A stretch of DNA of 64,000 nt from Escherichia coli. GTDB lineage: Bacteria; Pseudomonadota; Gammaproteobacteria; Enterobacterales; Enterobacteriaceae. Shown here piece after piece: positions 49,731 through 58,949 of the stretch. Within the stretch, counting starts at the first letter, position 1, and the number at the start of each line of letters is the position of its first letter. The notes below the pieces were generated by a model that saw only the letters and a program-made list of their open reading frames with translations, was not told the origin of the DNA and made no database searches. Position numbers and translations under genes: made by a program. The stretch lies in NCBI RefSeq assembly GCF_001677475.2, contig NZ_CP015229.1. One strand, written 5' to 3'.

Positions 49731-50888
49731 TTAATTATTCTCCATTTGTCTTGCAACATCCATGATGTGGTAAAGCGGTACTCTGTTCTTAGCTAACTCC
49801 ACCATGGCGTTCAAATAAGGCACCATGGTTGAAAAAAGGATTTTATAACCTTCACAAAAATAGGAAACAGTCTCATTGTTTACTTTAGTAATACGATGCT
49901 TAGGACAACCGCCATTGCAGATAGGTTTATATGCACATTGCTGACATTTCGCTGAAATCCGTTTTTTTTGCGCTGTCAGTTGAACACTGTTCATCGTTTT
50001 GAGTTCAGATTTATTAATGTTTCCAATTTTGTACTGTGGATAGACAAAATGGTCGCATTCGTAAATGTCTCCATTACTTTCAACAACCAGATTATCCTTG
50101 CAGGACTCCTGGAAAATACAACTGGTATGCCCATTCCCCAAAAAACGGCTGACAAAGCTTTCAAACTGACGGATGAAAATTTCACCCACATCGTTTTTAA
50201 CCCATTGCATAAAAATGGTCGACATAAACTTGCCATAAGCCGTAGGAGGCACAGAAAAATCAATGATACGGAATGTGTTCTCACTATGACCACTGAAATC
50301 AATATTCGGCGTCCCGGTTTCGAGCAATTCGATAAATTGCATATGTTTACTGCCGATAGATTTTAAAAAATGATAAACCTCAAGAGGGTAATGGACATTA
50401 ACGTTATTAATGACGGTTAACGTATTAAACTCTACTTGATATGATTTCAGACGCTCGATGGCTGCTATCACTTTTGTAAAAGTACCGTTACCTGAATTAC
50501 TGCGTCTGTAACGGTCATGTAGCTCCTGGGGTCCATCGATCGAGATACCAACCAGAAACTCATGTTCTTTGAGAAAGGCACACCATTCATTATTCAATAA
50601 AATGCCATTCGTTTGTAATGCATTAAAAATACGTTTTTGGCCTGCATAGCGTTGTTGATAGTGAATAACTTTACGGAAAAAATCCAGGCCAGCCAGAGTG
50701 GGTTCACCGCCTTGCCAGGTAAAATAGACCTGATTGCCAGACGCTGCGATATATTGTTTGATGAACTCTTTCAGAGTGCTGTCATCCATCCATTTTTCAT
50801 GAGTAAACTGCGACTCTTTTTCAAGGTAAAAACAGTAATCACATTTGAGATTACATTGAAAACTGGAGGGCTTGGCTGTAACGTGCAT
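49731..50888 (-). CDS. ydeM: radical-SAM anaerobic sulfatase-maturating enzyme homolog
   Basis: ORF trimmed to ATG 50888 ([24 protein letters not shown]...), 385 aa; CxxxCxxC radical SAM motif and C-terminal Cys clusters ([18 protein letters not shown]). Confidence 0.85.
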   Translation of the reverse strand: MHVTAKPSSFQCNLKCDYCFYLEKESQFTHEKWMDDSTLKEFIKQYIAASGNQVYFTWQGGEPTLAGLDFFRKVIHYQQRYAGQKRIFNALQTNGILLNNEWCAFLKEHEFLVGISIDGPQELHDRYRRSNSGNGTFTKVIAAIERLKSYQVEFNTLTVINNVNVHYPLEVYHFLKSIGSKHMQFIELLETGTPNIDFSGHSENTFRIIDFSVPPTAYGKFMSTIFMQWVKNDVGEIFIRQFESFVSRFLGNGHTSCIFQESCKDNLVVESNGDIYECDHFVYPQYKIGNINKSELKTMNSVQLTAQKKRISAKCQQCAYKPICNGGCPKHRITKVNNETVSYFCEGYKILFSTMVPYLNAMVELAKNRVPLYHIMDVARQMENN

Positions 50889-50939
50889 CGCTATCTCGCT
50901 CAATAAGGCGGCGGAAAATTCCGCCGCATGAAGGTTTAG

Positions 50940-52622
50940 TTATTTCGCTTCGCTTAGTGCTTTCTTGATATTGTTAAACTTCTCCTGATTTACCTCGCTA
51001 AGCGGTGGCTGGCTGCTGTCGATAAACTCTCTTACCACGCCTTGCATCTCTTTAACGACCTGCGGATTGGCGGCGGCAAGGTTATCTTTTTGCTGTAGAT
51101 CCGTCAGTTTGTATAGACCTAACTGATTGTTTTCTACTGTATAGACAAGCGAATAATCGTTATTTCTCACCGTATAAGAGAATTGGCTTAAGTCCTCAGT
51201 GTTGGGGTTATGCGGGTAATCGTCTGACTGATGACGGACAAATTTGTGGTAATTATCCCAGAATGGAATATTTTCCTCGTCAAACCAGTGAGAATAAGAG
51301 GTTATCCAGGTCAGATTTTTATGTGGCTCGCCTTGTTTCTTATCTTGCAACCAGGGCAGCAAGGAAACGCCATCCAGCTTAAGGTCTTTTGGAATGCTGA
51401 TATCGGCTGCATCAAGAGCTGTCGGGTAGAAATCCATTGCGGAAATCAGCTTGTCATAATTACCGGGTTGAAGTTTTCCTTTCCACCACATAAACATTGG
51501 GGTGTGAGTACCGCCAGGATAGGTCTGACTCTTATAGCCTTTTTGCGCCCCGTTCAGCGGCAGAGGACCATCGATAACCGCACCATTATCGGAGGTAAAG
51601 AGAATAATTGTATTGTCATACTGTCCGTTTTTCTTCAGTTGTTCGAGAATGCGTTTTACACCCTGATCAACAGAATAAACGGAAGCGTAGTAGTTATCTG
51701 CCGTTTGACTACCGGTATTAAATTGCTTCTGATATTGCTCCGGTGCAGGATTATCATTTGGCAGGTGCGGAGCATTATAAGCCAGGTAAAGCATAAAAGG
51801 CTGGTCAAGTGTTTTGGCACGATCAACAACGCCAATTGCCTCATCGGTTAACTGATCGCTGATATAACCTTTTGCGGGGACGCGTTCACGATTTTTGAAC
51901 AGTGAAGGGGAGTTGTAATATGCCGTTCCTGCAGCGTGGAATCCCATAAAGTAATCAAAGCCACGGTTTTGCGGTTGCCATTCTTCCGCAGAAAATGTGG
52001 TGAAGTTGTCATGATAGTCACGCGTTTGTTTATCTTCCGGTACCGGCACATTACTGATTTTTGACAAGTGCCATTTACCTACTGCTGCAGTGTAATAACC
52101 ATGATTCTGGAATAATTCAGGCAAGAAAGTTTCTGTTAGCGGAATACCATCCTGAGCATCAGTATTGGAATAGACACCAAAGCGGGCGGGTGCTCGACCG
52201 GTCATTATTGCGGCGCGGGAGGGGCCGGAAACACCGTGCGCCACATAGCCGTTAGTAAAACGTACGCCTTCATCCATTAATGAAAGGAGCGTCGGCGTTG
52301 ATTTTTGCGCAGCTTCAATGGCTTTATCTATCCCTATTTTGTAGGTATCGACAACTTCACGATTTTCCATTGTTTTTGGGTCAAAAGATCCCTTATCAAA
52401 AGGAAGTTGTCCATAACCAAGATCATCCATGGTCAGTACGATAATATTTGGCTTTCCTTTGGTACTGTATTCAGTCGGCGTAAAGTCTGAGAAAGCAACG
52501 TTTGTTTTGGTTGCTTTCAGCTTTACATCATCTGCCGCATGAGCAGCAAATGCAGTCATACCAGATGCCAGTATCAAAGATATCGAGGTACTTACGACAC
52601 TTTTCTTTAATGCAGACTTCAT
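50940..52622 (-). CDS. ydeN: sulfatase (Ser-type active-site motif)
   Basis: ORF trimmed to ATG 52622 (MKSALKKSVVSTSISLILASGMTAFAAHA signal peptide), 560 aa; sulfatase signature S-G-P-S-R in HGVSGPSRAAIMTGR. Confidence 0.85.
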   Translation of the reverse strand: MKSALKKSVVSTSISLILASGMTAFAAHAADDVKLKATKTNVAFSDFTPTEYSTKGKPNIIVLTMDDLGYGQLPFDKGSFDPKTMENREVVDTYKIGIDKAIEAAQKSTPTLLSLMDEGVRFTNGYVAHGVSGPSRAAIMTGRAPARFGVYSNTDAQDGIPLTETFLPELFQNHGYYTAAVGKWHLSKISNVPVPEDKQTRDYHDNFTTFSAEEWQPQNRGFDYFMGFHAAGTAYYNSPSLFKNRERVPAKGYISDQLTDEAIGVVDRAKTLDQPFMLYLAYNAPHLPNDNPAPEQYQKQFNTGSQTADNYYASVYSVDQGVKRILEQLKKNGQYDNTIILFTSDNGAVIDGPLPLNGAQKGYKSQTYPGGTHTPMFMWWKGKLQPGNYDKLISAMDFYPTALDAADISIPKDLKLDGVSLLPWLQDKKQGEPHKNLTWITSYSHWFDEENIPFWDNYHKFVRHQSDDYPHNPNTEDLSQFSYTVRNNDYSLVYTVENNQLGLYKLTDLQQKDNLAAANPQVVKEMQGVVREFIDSSQPPLSEVNQEKFNNIKKALSEAK

Positions 52623-53023
52623 AAATGTTCCTCTTCTTATTGTACTTAATTCCAAAGTAATTTTACGAAGAGAAATAAGTGGATGTAAGTGAAGTTAGTC
52701 ACATAAAGAGATAGCAGATTTAGCTAAAAAAAGGGAAATAACAGTCCATAAAGCGTTGACATTACTTTTTGTTCTACTAAGTAATTTCTCGACGATAAAC
52801 AACTAATCTATTGATATTTAATAAATTATTGTATTTTACTGACAAAATGCCGAATTAAGATCATAAATAATCATGCAACAGGTTATGCAAATGCATAAAT
52901 ATGTGATGAATGTCACTTATTTATTTCAATAAATATATCGCCTAAAAACAACGCGGGGCAGGAAATGGCTGCCCCATTTAATTCTTACGTAGCGTGTGTG
53001 GTTGACTACTCGTTAGCAAATAA

Positions 53024-53785
53024 TCAAATAGCTAAAGCATTCATCGTGTTGCCCTTATTCATACCCGTGTGCCTTTGACAACGGTACTCCTTAGAAACTC
53101 TCTTTGGACTGTTGCCAAAATGTTTGCGGAACGCATAAATAAAATAAGATGTACTGGCATAACCACATTGTTCGGCAATTTTATTGACTGAACCTTCTAC
53201 GCGTATCAAATTTTTTGCGTGCTGCATTCTGGCATCTAAAAGAATCTGTGAGAATGTCGTTTGCTCTTGCTTAAGTTTTTTCTTCAACAGGCTTTCACTG
53301 ATGTACAGGCAGTCACAAATATCTTTCAGCTTCCATGGGTGCGCCAGCTTCATGTTGACAATATTTCTCACTTTCCCGGAAACGGATAGCACACCGTTAG
53401 TTAATAGTGTAATGAAACCTTTGCATGCGGCAAAAATAGACAGGCAAGAAAAAAGCAAAAGTTCTGAAAAATTATGATGATTGCGTTCTTCCGAGTTGAG
53501 ATAAGCAATCATTTCATTAAGCAATCCAGTCGGTACATTTGAAGCACGTAAAAACTTCGCAGGAACAGGCACCGTCACTGTCTGGATGTTAGTGCATTGT
53601 AGATATTTTTTAATGGTATTTTCATTAAATCCGATTTCTTTAAAATGCCGCTCATAAGGTTCAAAATGCGTACGAACAGCGTTATCTACCATCAAGATCT
53701 CGCCGTCAGAGAAGGCGTAATCTTTATCTAAAATGTTAGCGTTGAAGGCATGATGAATAAATATAACAGAACAAACGAGCGACAT
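53024..53785 (-). CDS. ydeO: AraC-family acid-resistance regulator
   Basis: 253 aa; C-terminal AraC HTH; matches YdeO as recalled. Confidence 0.88.
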   Translation of the reverse strand: MSLVCSVIFIHHAFNANILDKDYAFSDGEILMVDNAVRTHFEPYERHFKEIGFNENTIKKYLQCTNIQTVTVPVPAKFLRASNVPTGLLNEMIAYLNSEERNHHNFSELLLFSCLSIFAACKGFITLLTNGVLSVSGKVRNIVNMKLAHPWKLKDICDCLYISESLLKKKLKQEQTTFSQILLDARMQHAKNLIRVEGSVNKIAEQCGYASTSYFIYAFRKHFGNSPKRVSKEYRCQRHTGMNKGNTMNALAI

Positions 53786-53859
53786 TTTATCTCCTTAAAA
53801 CAATAAAGTTTTTATCGATACTTTTTTAACATTTCATATTTATAATTTGCTGTTTATTT

Positions 53860-54057
53860 TCAGTCTTGCAAACTATTGATAATGAAATGTGTAATATCTC
53901 TTGCAATGCGACCCATTTCTGAAATACCCAGCTGATCAATTGCCGAAAAAATGGCTATCAACGTAAGTGTCAGTAATAAGACAACCACAATTACAGACAT
54001 GATTTCTTTATAGTTGTCTCTTTGCGTGATTTTGTTTTTCACTGTGGTCGCATGCAT
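53860..54057 (-). CDS. safA: two-component connector membrane protein SafA
   Basis: 65 aa MHATTVKNKITQRDNYKEIMSVIVVVLLLTLTLIAIFSAIDQ...; single TM helix; directly upstream of ydeO. Confidence 0.85.
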   Translation of the reverse strand: MHATTVKNKITQRDNYKEIMSVIVVVLLLTLTLIAIFSAIDQLGISEMGRIARDITHFIINSLQD

Positions 54058-54168
54058 TTCAAATATGTTTATTTAGCGGATAACGTTAAAAATCGTTAAT
54101 CAGTATGCTTAATATAACAGGCTGGAGAAAAGAGGAAATAGGACTGGTGCTTCAGTACTGAGCGGAGT

Positions 54169-54186
54169 TTCTTACAGCTGTAGGCA
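54169..54186. promoter_or_regulatory. EvgA-box-like motif TTCTTACAGCTGTAGGCA upstream of safA-ydeO
   Basis: About 112 bp upstream of the safA ATG; nearly identical to a second copy at 56825..56842 upstream of ydeP. Both operons are known EvgA targets. Confidence 0.45.
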
Positions 54187-54304
54187 GAAGTTTATATCTT
54201 ATAGTATGTAGTTTAATTTAATCCATGTGAGCAAATTGCGCGATAATAGTCAATGAGGAATTCTTCTGCTGTGCGGATGACAGCAGAAGAAATGAGAAGA
54301 GGCA

Positions 54305-56584
54305 TTAATTTGATGGTTCTAATTCAACCGGAATACTTTTATAGCCAGGAATGCCACTTAATGGATCGTGGTTATCAAGTGTTAGCATGTGATTCGATTC
54401 TGGAAAATAGGTCACCAGTGAGCGGTCAGCCATAGGGTAAATGACCACTTTTAATCTATCCATGCGGCGTGAGCTGCGCTTACCGTCTGGCGTAAGCGCA
54501 ATAAGATTAACTCTTTCGCCGTTTTTTACACGGCAAATTTTAGCTTGTTTAGCACTCATAAAGACCACATCTCGTTGACCGAATACCCCTCGATAGCGAT
54601 CATCCATACCATAAATCGTCGTGTTGTACTGATCGTGGCTGCGTACTGTCGCCATGACCAGCTTACTATTAAACGCTGAAGAGGGATCTTCTAACAGCCC
54701 TTTGCTGGTAATGAAATTAGCCTTACCTGACGGCGTCATCCAGCGCCTTTCAGCAGCTGCATTTATCAGGTGAAAACCACCGGGATGACGGATGCGCTGG
54801 TTATAGTCGGCGAACTCTGGCAGCACAGCTTCAATGTCATTGCGAATGCGATCATAATCTTCCACCAGATACTCCCAGGCTACCACGCTCTGAGGTAGTG
54901 CTGCCTGCGCGATTCCCGCGACCACTGCACACTCTGATTTCAGCATTACACCGGCGGGTTTTAACACGCCACGCGAGGCATGAATCATCGACATTGAATC
55001 CTCAACGGTTACCGCCTGCGCACCGCTTTTTTGCATATCAATCTCGCTACGTCCCAGAACCGGCAGAATATAGCTATGCCGTGCGGTCAGCAGATGAGAG
55101 CGGTTAAGCTTAGTGGCTACGTGTACCGTCAGATCTAATTGCGTTAACGGTACAGCGCTCGCTTCCCGATCTGGCATTGCAAGTGCAAAGTTGCCCCCCA
55201 TGCAGATCAATGCTCGAGCTTGCCCCGTACATATAGCTTGCATGCTGGCAATTGCAGCATGTCCAGGTGCATGAGGTGGGGTGAAGCCATAGCGCTCACC
55301 AAGGCGAGCCAGAAACTCTGCAGACGGTTTCTCGGTGATACCGACGGTTCGGTCGCCCTGTACATTAGAGTGACCTCGTAGTGGGCAGATACCCGCACCA
55401 GGCTTGCCAATGTTACCTTTCATCAACAGCAGATTGACCAGTTGCTGTACATTCTGGGTACCATGTTCGTGCTGAGTGATCCCCATTCCGTAACAGATAA
55501 TGGTGCGTTCGGCAGCGACATATGCATCAGCCAGTTCGGCGATTTGAGTCTGACTTAATCCAGAAATACGTTCGATATCTTTCCACTCGGAATTGAGAAC
55601 GTCACGGCGTAGCTCGTCAAAGCCGACGGTATGCGTTTGAATAAATTCGTCATCCAGCAATGAGGGCCGACCTGCGGCGCTTGCAGCATCATCGCGCTCA
55701 ATTAACAGGCGCATCATCCCCTTGAGCAACGCCATATCGCCACCAATGCGCACGTTATAGTAGGCACTAGCCAACTGAGTCTCAGAGTTCGTCAGCATTT
55801 CAAACGGGTTTTGCGGTGCGGTAAATCGCTCCAGGCCACGTTCCTGTAGAGGATTGATGGCGATCATTTTCGCTCCCCGTTTCACTAAAGCGCGCAACGA
55901 AGTCAACATGCGAGGGTGGTTTGTACCAGGGTTATGCCCAATGCAAATGACTAAATCGCACTTCTCAAAGTCTTCCAGCAACACGGTCCCTTTACCCACA
56001 CCGATACTCGCTGCCAAACCCACACTGGTCGGTTCATGGCACATGTTGGAGCAGTCGGGAAAGTTATTGCTCCCGTATTCACGGGCAAAAAGCTGATAAA
56101 GAAAGGCAGCTTCATTGGAAGTGCGCCCCGAAGTATAGAATTCAACCTGATTGGGATCACTATAGCTTTGAAGGCGAGCGCCAATTTCGTCGAAAGCTTG
56201 TTGCCAGCTTAATGGCTTGTAACAGTCGCTGACGGCATCATATTTCAAAGGCTGAGTGAGACGCCCGGCAGCCTCAAGCTCGTGGTCTCCCCAGGTAAGT
56301 AATGATTGAACCGTATTCTCAGCAAAGAAAGAGGCGTTTACCTGCTTATCCGTGACTTCCCAGGCGATTGCTTTTGCGCCGTTTTCACAAATGTCGAATG
56401 ACGCACTGTGCTTAGGATCTGGCCATGCACAACCCGGACAGTCAAAGCCCTCTGGCTTATTCATGTCAAACATGGCAATAACATCCTGGCGTATATCCAT
56501 CTGCTTACGTACTGCATTCGCTACGGATTTAACAGCACCCCAACCACCGGCAGCTCCCTGGTAGGATTCAATTTTTTTCTTCAT
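54305..56584 (-). CDS. ydeP: molybdopterin oxidoreductase (formate dehydrogenase-like) required for acid resistance
   Basis: 759 aa; N-terminal Cys cluster ([11 protein letters not shown]...) and molybdopterin-binding domains. Confidence 0.88.
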   Translation of the reverse strand: MKKKIESYQGAAGGWGAVKSVANAVRKQMDIRQDVIAMFDMNKPEGFDCPGCAWPDPKHSASFDICENGAKAIAWEVTDKQVNASFFAENTVQSLLTWGDHELEAAGRLTQPLKYDAVSDCYKPLSWQQAFDEIGARLQSYSDPNQVEFYTSGRTSNEAAFLYQLFAREYGSNNFPDCSNMCHEPTSVGLAASIGVGKGTVLLEDFEKCDLVICIGHNPGTNHPRMLTSLRALVKRGAKMIAINPLQERGLERFTAPQNPFEMLTNSETQLASAYYNVRIGGDMALLKGMMRLLIERDDAASAAGRPSLLDDEFIQTHTVGFDELRRDVLNSEWKDIERISGLSQTQIAELADAYVAAERTIICYGMGITQHEHGTQNVQQLVNLLLMKGNIGKPGAGICPLRGHSNVQGDRTVGITEKPSAEFLARLGERYGFTPPHAPGHAAIASMQAICTGQARALICMGGNFALAMPDREASAVPLTQLDLTVHVATKLNRSHLLTARHSYILPVLGRSEIDMQKSGAQAVTVEDSMSMIHASRGVLKPAGVMLKSECAVVAGIAQAALPQSVVAWEYLVEDYDRIRNDIEAVLPEFADYNQRIRHPGGFHLINAAAERRWMTPSGKANFITSKGLLEDPSSAFNSKLVMATVRSHDQYNTTIYGMDDRYRGVFGQRDVVFMSAKQAKICRVKNGERVNLIALTPDGKRSSRRMDRLKVVIYPMADRSLVTYFPESNHMLTLDNHDPLSGIPGYKSIPVELEPSN

Positions 56585-56824
56585 CTGCTTATCCTGTGTG
56601 GAAATGAATTATTAGGATTTGTAATAGCGATGATGCACAGTATATACAAAGGGATTATCGTCAACATGGATATAAGAGTAGGGGACTACTCTCTTTCTAT
56701 TTTAATCTATTATCGTTAAACAAAAGATTAAATACGATAAATTAAGCATCATCTCTCGTAGTGTTTAAATTAACATATTTTTCAATATAAAAAATAAGAC
56801 TCTGGCGTTAATTGTGCGCGGATT

Positions 56825-56842
56825 TTCTTACAGGTGTAGGAT
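56825..56842. promoter_or_regulatory. EvgA-box-like motif TTCTTACAGGTGTAGGAT upstream of ydeP
   Basis: 15 of 18 positions identical to the safA-upstream copy; about 240 bp upstream of the ydeP ATG. Confidence 0.45.
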
Positions 56843-56914
56843 AATAGCCTTCACAAAATAATTATCCGCGCAATTTTCGCGAATGGAGCGCATAGACTAA
56901 GGTCAAAATCACAA

Positions 56915-57829
56915 TTATTCATAGATAAAAGTGACACCAATGACTGACTGGACGGTTCCGGCTGAAACTTTGTTTCCTGTTTGTCCATAGGTTGCGCTTA
57001 AACCCAGAGGTACTTTGCTTTTATTTACTGTCCCCAGGGAGACGTTTTCTCCCGTAGCCAGTATTTTTCCATTACGCATCAGAGAGACACCCACTCCCGA
57101 TGCTTTTGTTGCATCTGGTGCTGTGTTAGCAAACACTTGTCGGGCACTGTCAGTGGTGGCACCCGAAAGATAAAATGAGAGCTTTTGTTCACTTGAGCAA
57201 TATACGCCAAGTGGTATTTCTGCGCTTCCAGGAAAGTCCGGGAGATTCACGTTGACATTACGACTATCAACGGTGCAGCCGCCTGTTGGCATAACAACAC
57301 TGTTATTTGAAATAATATTCCACGTAAAATTACGCGGATTTCCGCTTCCTAACGTGGCAATTTTATACATATGAATACGGGCAATAACTTCCCCGGCTTT
57401 TATGACAACTCCACCGGCCGCACCGACTGGGGTAATATAGAGTTTTAACGGTAATGGCATCGGTGTCTTATCACCAATATCTAATACATTAGTATTTGTC
57501 GTCAACGGGAAGGGGTAGGTCACACTATTCCAGTACAGCGATCCTTTATATGACTGTAGGGAGCCTGCGAAAGCTGAGCCTTGTACCAGGTTTATATGAT
57601 CAGTATCGTACCAGCCGCCGTAATCATTCCAGCAACTTATATGCTGAGACAAGTCTACAACCAGATTCTGTCCCGGTTGTATTACAGGGTCGAGATTAAC
57701 ATAAACAGAGGTTGTACCTGCTCCAATACTTGCCCCGCCATCGACATTACAACTGAAGGCAAAAACTTTGCCTGCCATTAATAGAAGATAAATACCGAAC
57801 AGGACCTTTATACTGATTGTTTTACCCAT
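56915..57829 (-). CDS. ydeQ: fimbrial tip adhesin, FimH-like two-domain protein (F9/Fml adhesin type)
   Basis: ORF trimmed to ATG 57829 ([32 protein letters not shown]...), 304 aa; signal peptide then lectin-like domain plus pilin domain. Confidence 0.85.
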   Translation of the reverse strand: MGKTISIKVLFGIYLLLMAGKVFAFSCNVDGGASIGAGTTSVYVNLDPVIQPGQNLVVDLSQHISCWNDYGGWYDTDHINLVQGSAFAGSLQSYKGSLYWNSVTYPFPLTTNTNVLDIGDKTPMPLPLKLYITPVGAAGGVVIKAGEVIARIHMYKIATLGSGNPRNFTWNIISNNSVVMPTGGCTVDSRNVNVNLPDFPGSAEIPLGVYCSSEQKLSFYLSGATTDSARQVFANTAPDATKASGVGVSLMRNGKILATGENVSLGTVNKSKVPLGLSATYGQTGNKVSAGTVQSVIGVTFIYE

Positions 57830-57889
57830 GATATATCCTAAGGTTAAAAAATTGATTAAAAAAGGAGGCAAAAAAAAATCGAATCGACG

Positions 57890-58393
57890 TTATTGCCAGG
57901 TGTAGATCACATTGATTAGCGCCTCGATCGTTCCCTGGCTTGCGTTTCCATTCACCGTGATAGCTCTTGCCTTAAGTGGAAACTGTGCATTACGAGTGAT
58001 CTCATCAACAATAACCGTTTTGCTATCGCCATTTTTTAACGTCGCATCCTGGTCATCCCTTAGCTCTATCTGAATATTTTCGGCAGTACCTTCATTTTTG
58101 TAATAACCCGTATTGTCAGTTGAACCTGTCACGATTGCCGTCACTGCACTTGTTTCAACCGGACAATCGGTTAATGACAAAGTAATATTGTGCCAGCCTG
58201 ATGCAGAACCAGGTTGTTGCAGATTGCGCGTATAAAGATCCCCGAGATTAACGTTAGCTTCTTTGGTTTGAATAGTGCAGGGTTTAGCGACTACCCGACC
58301 ATTAACAGTGATAGTGACATCGGCGGCCTGGAGAGTTGCTGTGAATAACGCGCAAAACGTAGCTAACAGGAACCTCTTGTGAAGTCTTTTCAT
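57890..58393 (-). CDS. ydeR: fimbrial minor subunit (FimG-like)
   Basis: 167 aa with signal peptide; pilin-fold sequence. Confidence 0.85.
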   Translation of the reverse strand: MKRLHKRFLLATFCALFTATLQAADVTITVNGRVVAKPCTIQTKEANVNLGDLYTRNLQQPGSASGWHNITLSLTDCPVETSAVTAIVTGSTDNTGYYKNEGTAENIQIELRDDQDATLKNGDSKTVIVDEITRNAQFPLKARAITVNGNASQGTIEALINVIYTWQ

Positions 58394-58405
58394 ATCTGAC
58401 TCTGA

Positions 58406-58936
58406 TTATTGAAATTCAAGGGTAAAGGTTGCCGAAGCCCTCACCAGTCCCGGATTGACGGAATTCTGCGTTGACTTCAAACGAGCGGAATAAGGCAAAA
58501 TATTGTTCTGTTCTGGTACCAGTGGGATCCACTGCATCCCGGCATGAAGGTCATTCAATTTCACCGGACGCATATTTCCGTCCAGTATTTCTATACCCAA
58601 ACCGGAGGCCGTATTGCTTCCTTCATCCAGTTTCAACAGAGTATTATTTTCTGCATCCTCAATCCCGTTAAATGCAACCCGAACCCCCGTTGTTCCTTTA
58701 CTGCATTCACTTAACGTAATCTGAAAAGGGACGGCTGGACCTGTGCTACCGGTCGTTGGAAATTGTCTGGCACTGTTTTTTTGGAGATCTACGGTAAAAT
58801 TAAGCGAATCCGATGAGACTGTGCAGCCATAATCGAGGACGCGCCCGCTAATTTTAATAACGCTATCTGCGGATAAAGCAGAATAGGTGGTTAACCCCAG
58901 ACATAAACCGAGGAAAATAATGTTATTGTATTTCAT
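58406..58936 (-). CDS. ydeS: fimbrial minor subunit (FimF-like)
   Basis: 176 aa with signal peptide. Confidence 0.85.
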   Translation of the reverse strand: MKYNNIIFLGLCLGLTTYSALSADSVIKISGRVLDYGCTVSSDSLNFTVDLQKNSARQFPTTGSTGPAVPFQITLSECSKGTTGVRVAFNGIEDAENNTLLKLDEGSNTASGLGIEILDGNMRPVKLNDLHAGMQWIPLVPEQNNILPYSARLKSTQNSVNPGLVRASATFTLEFQ

Positions 58937-58949
58937 AATCTATTGTTCC

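Noticed and set aside
49637-49774. Roughly 45-codon plus-strand ORF (MMMTKHPTGICVGC...) between yddA and ydeM
   Set aside because: Spans the ydeM terminator hairpin and overlaps the ydeM 3' end; poor RBS spacing; most likely chance.
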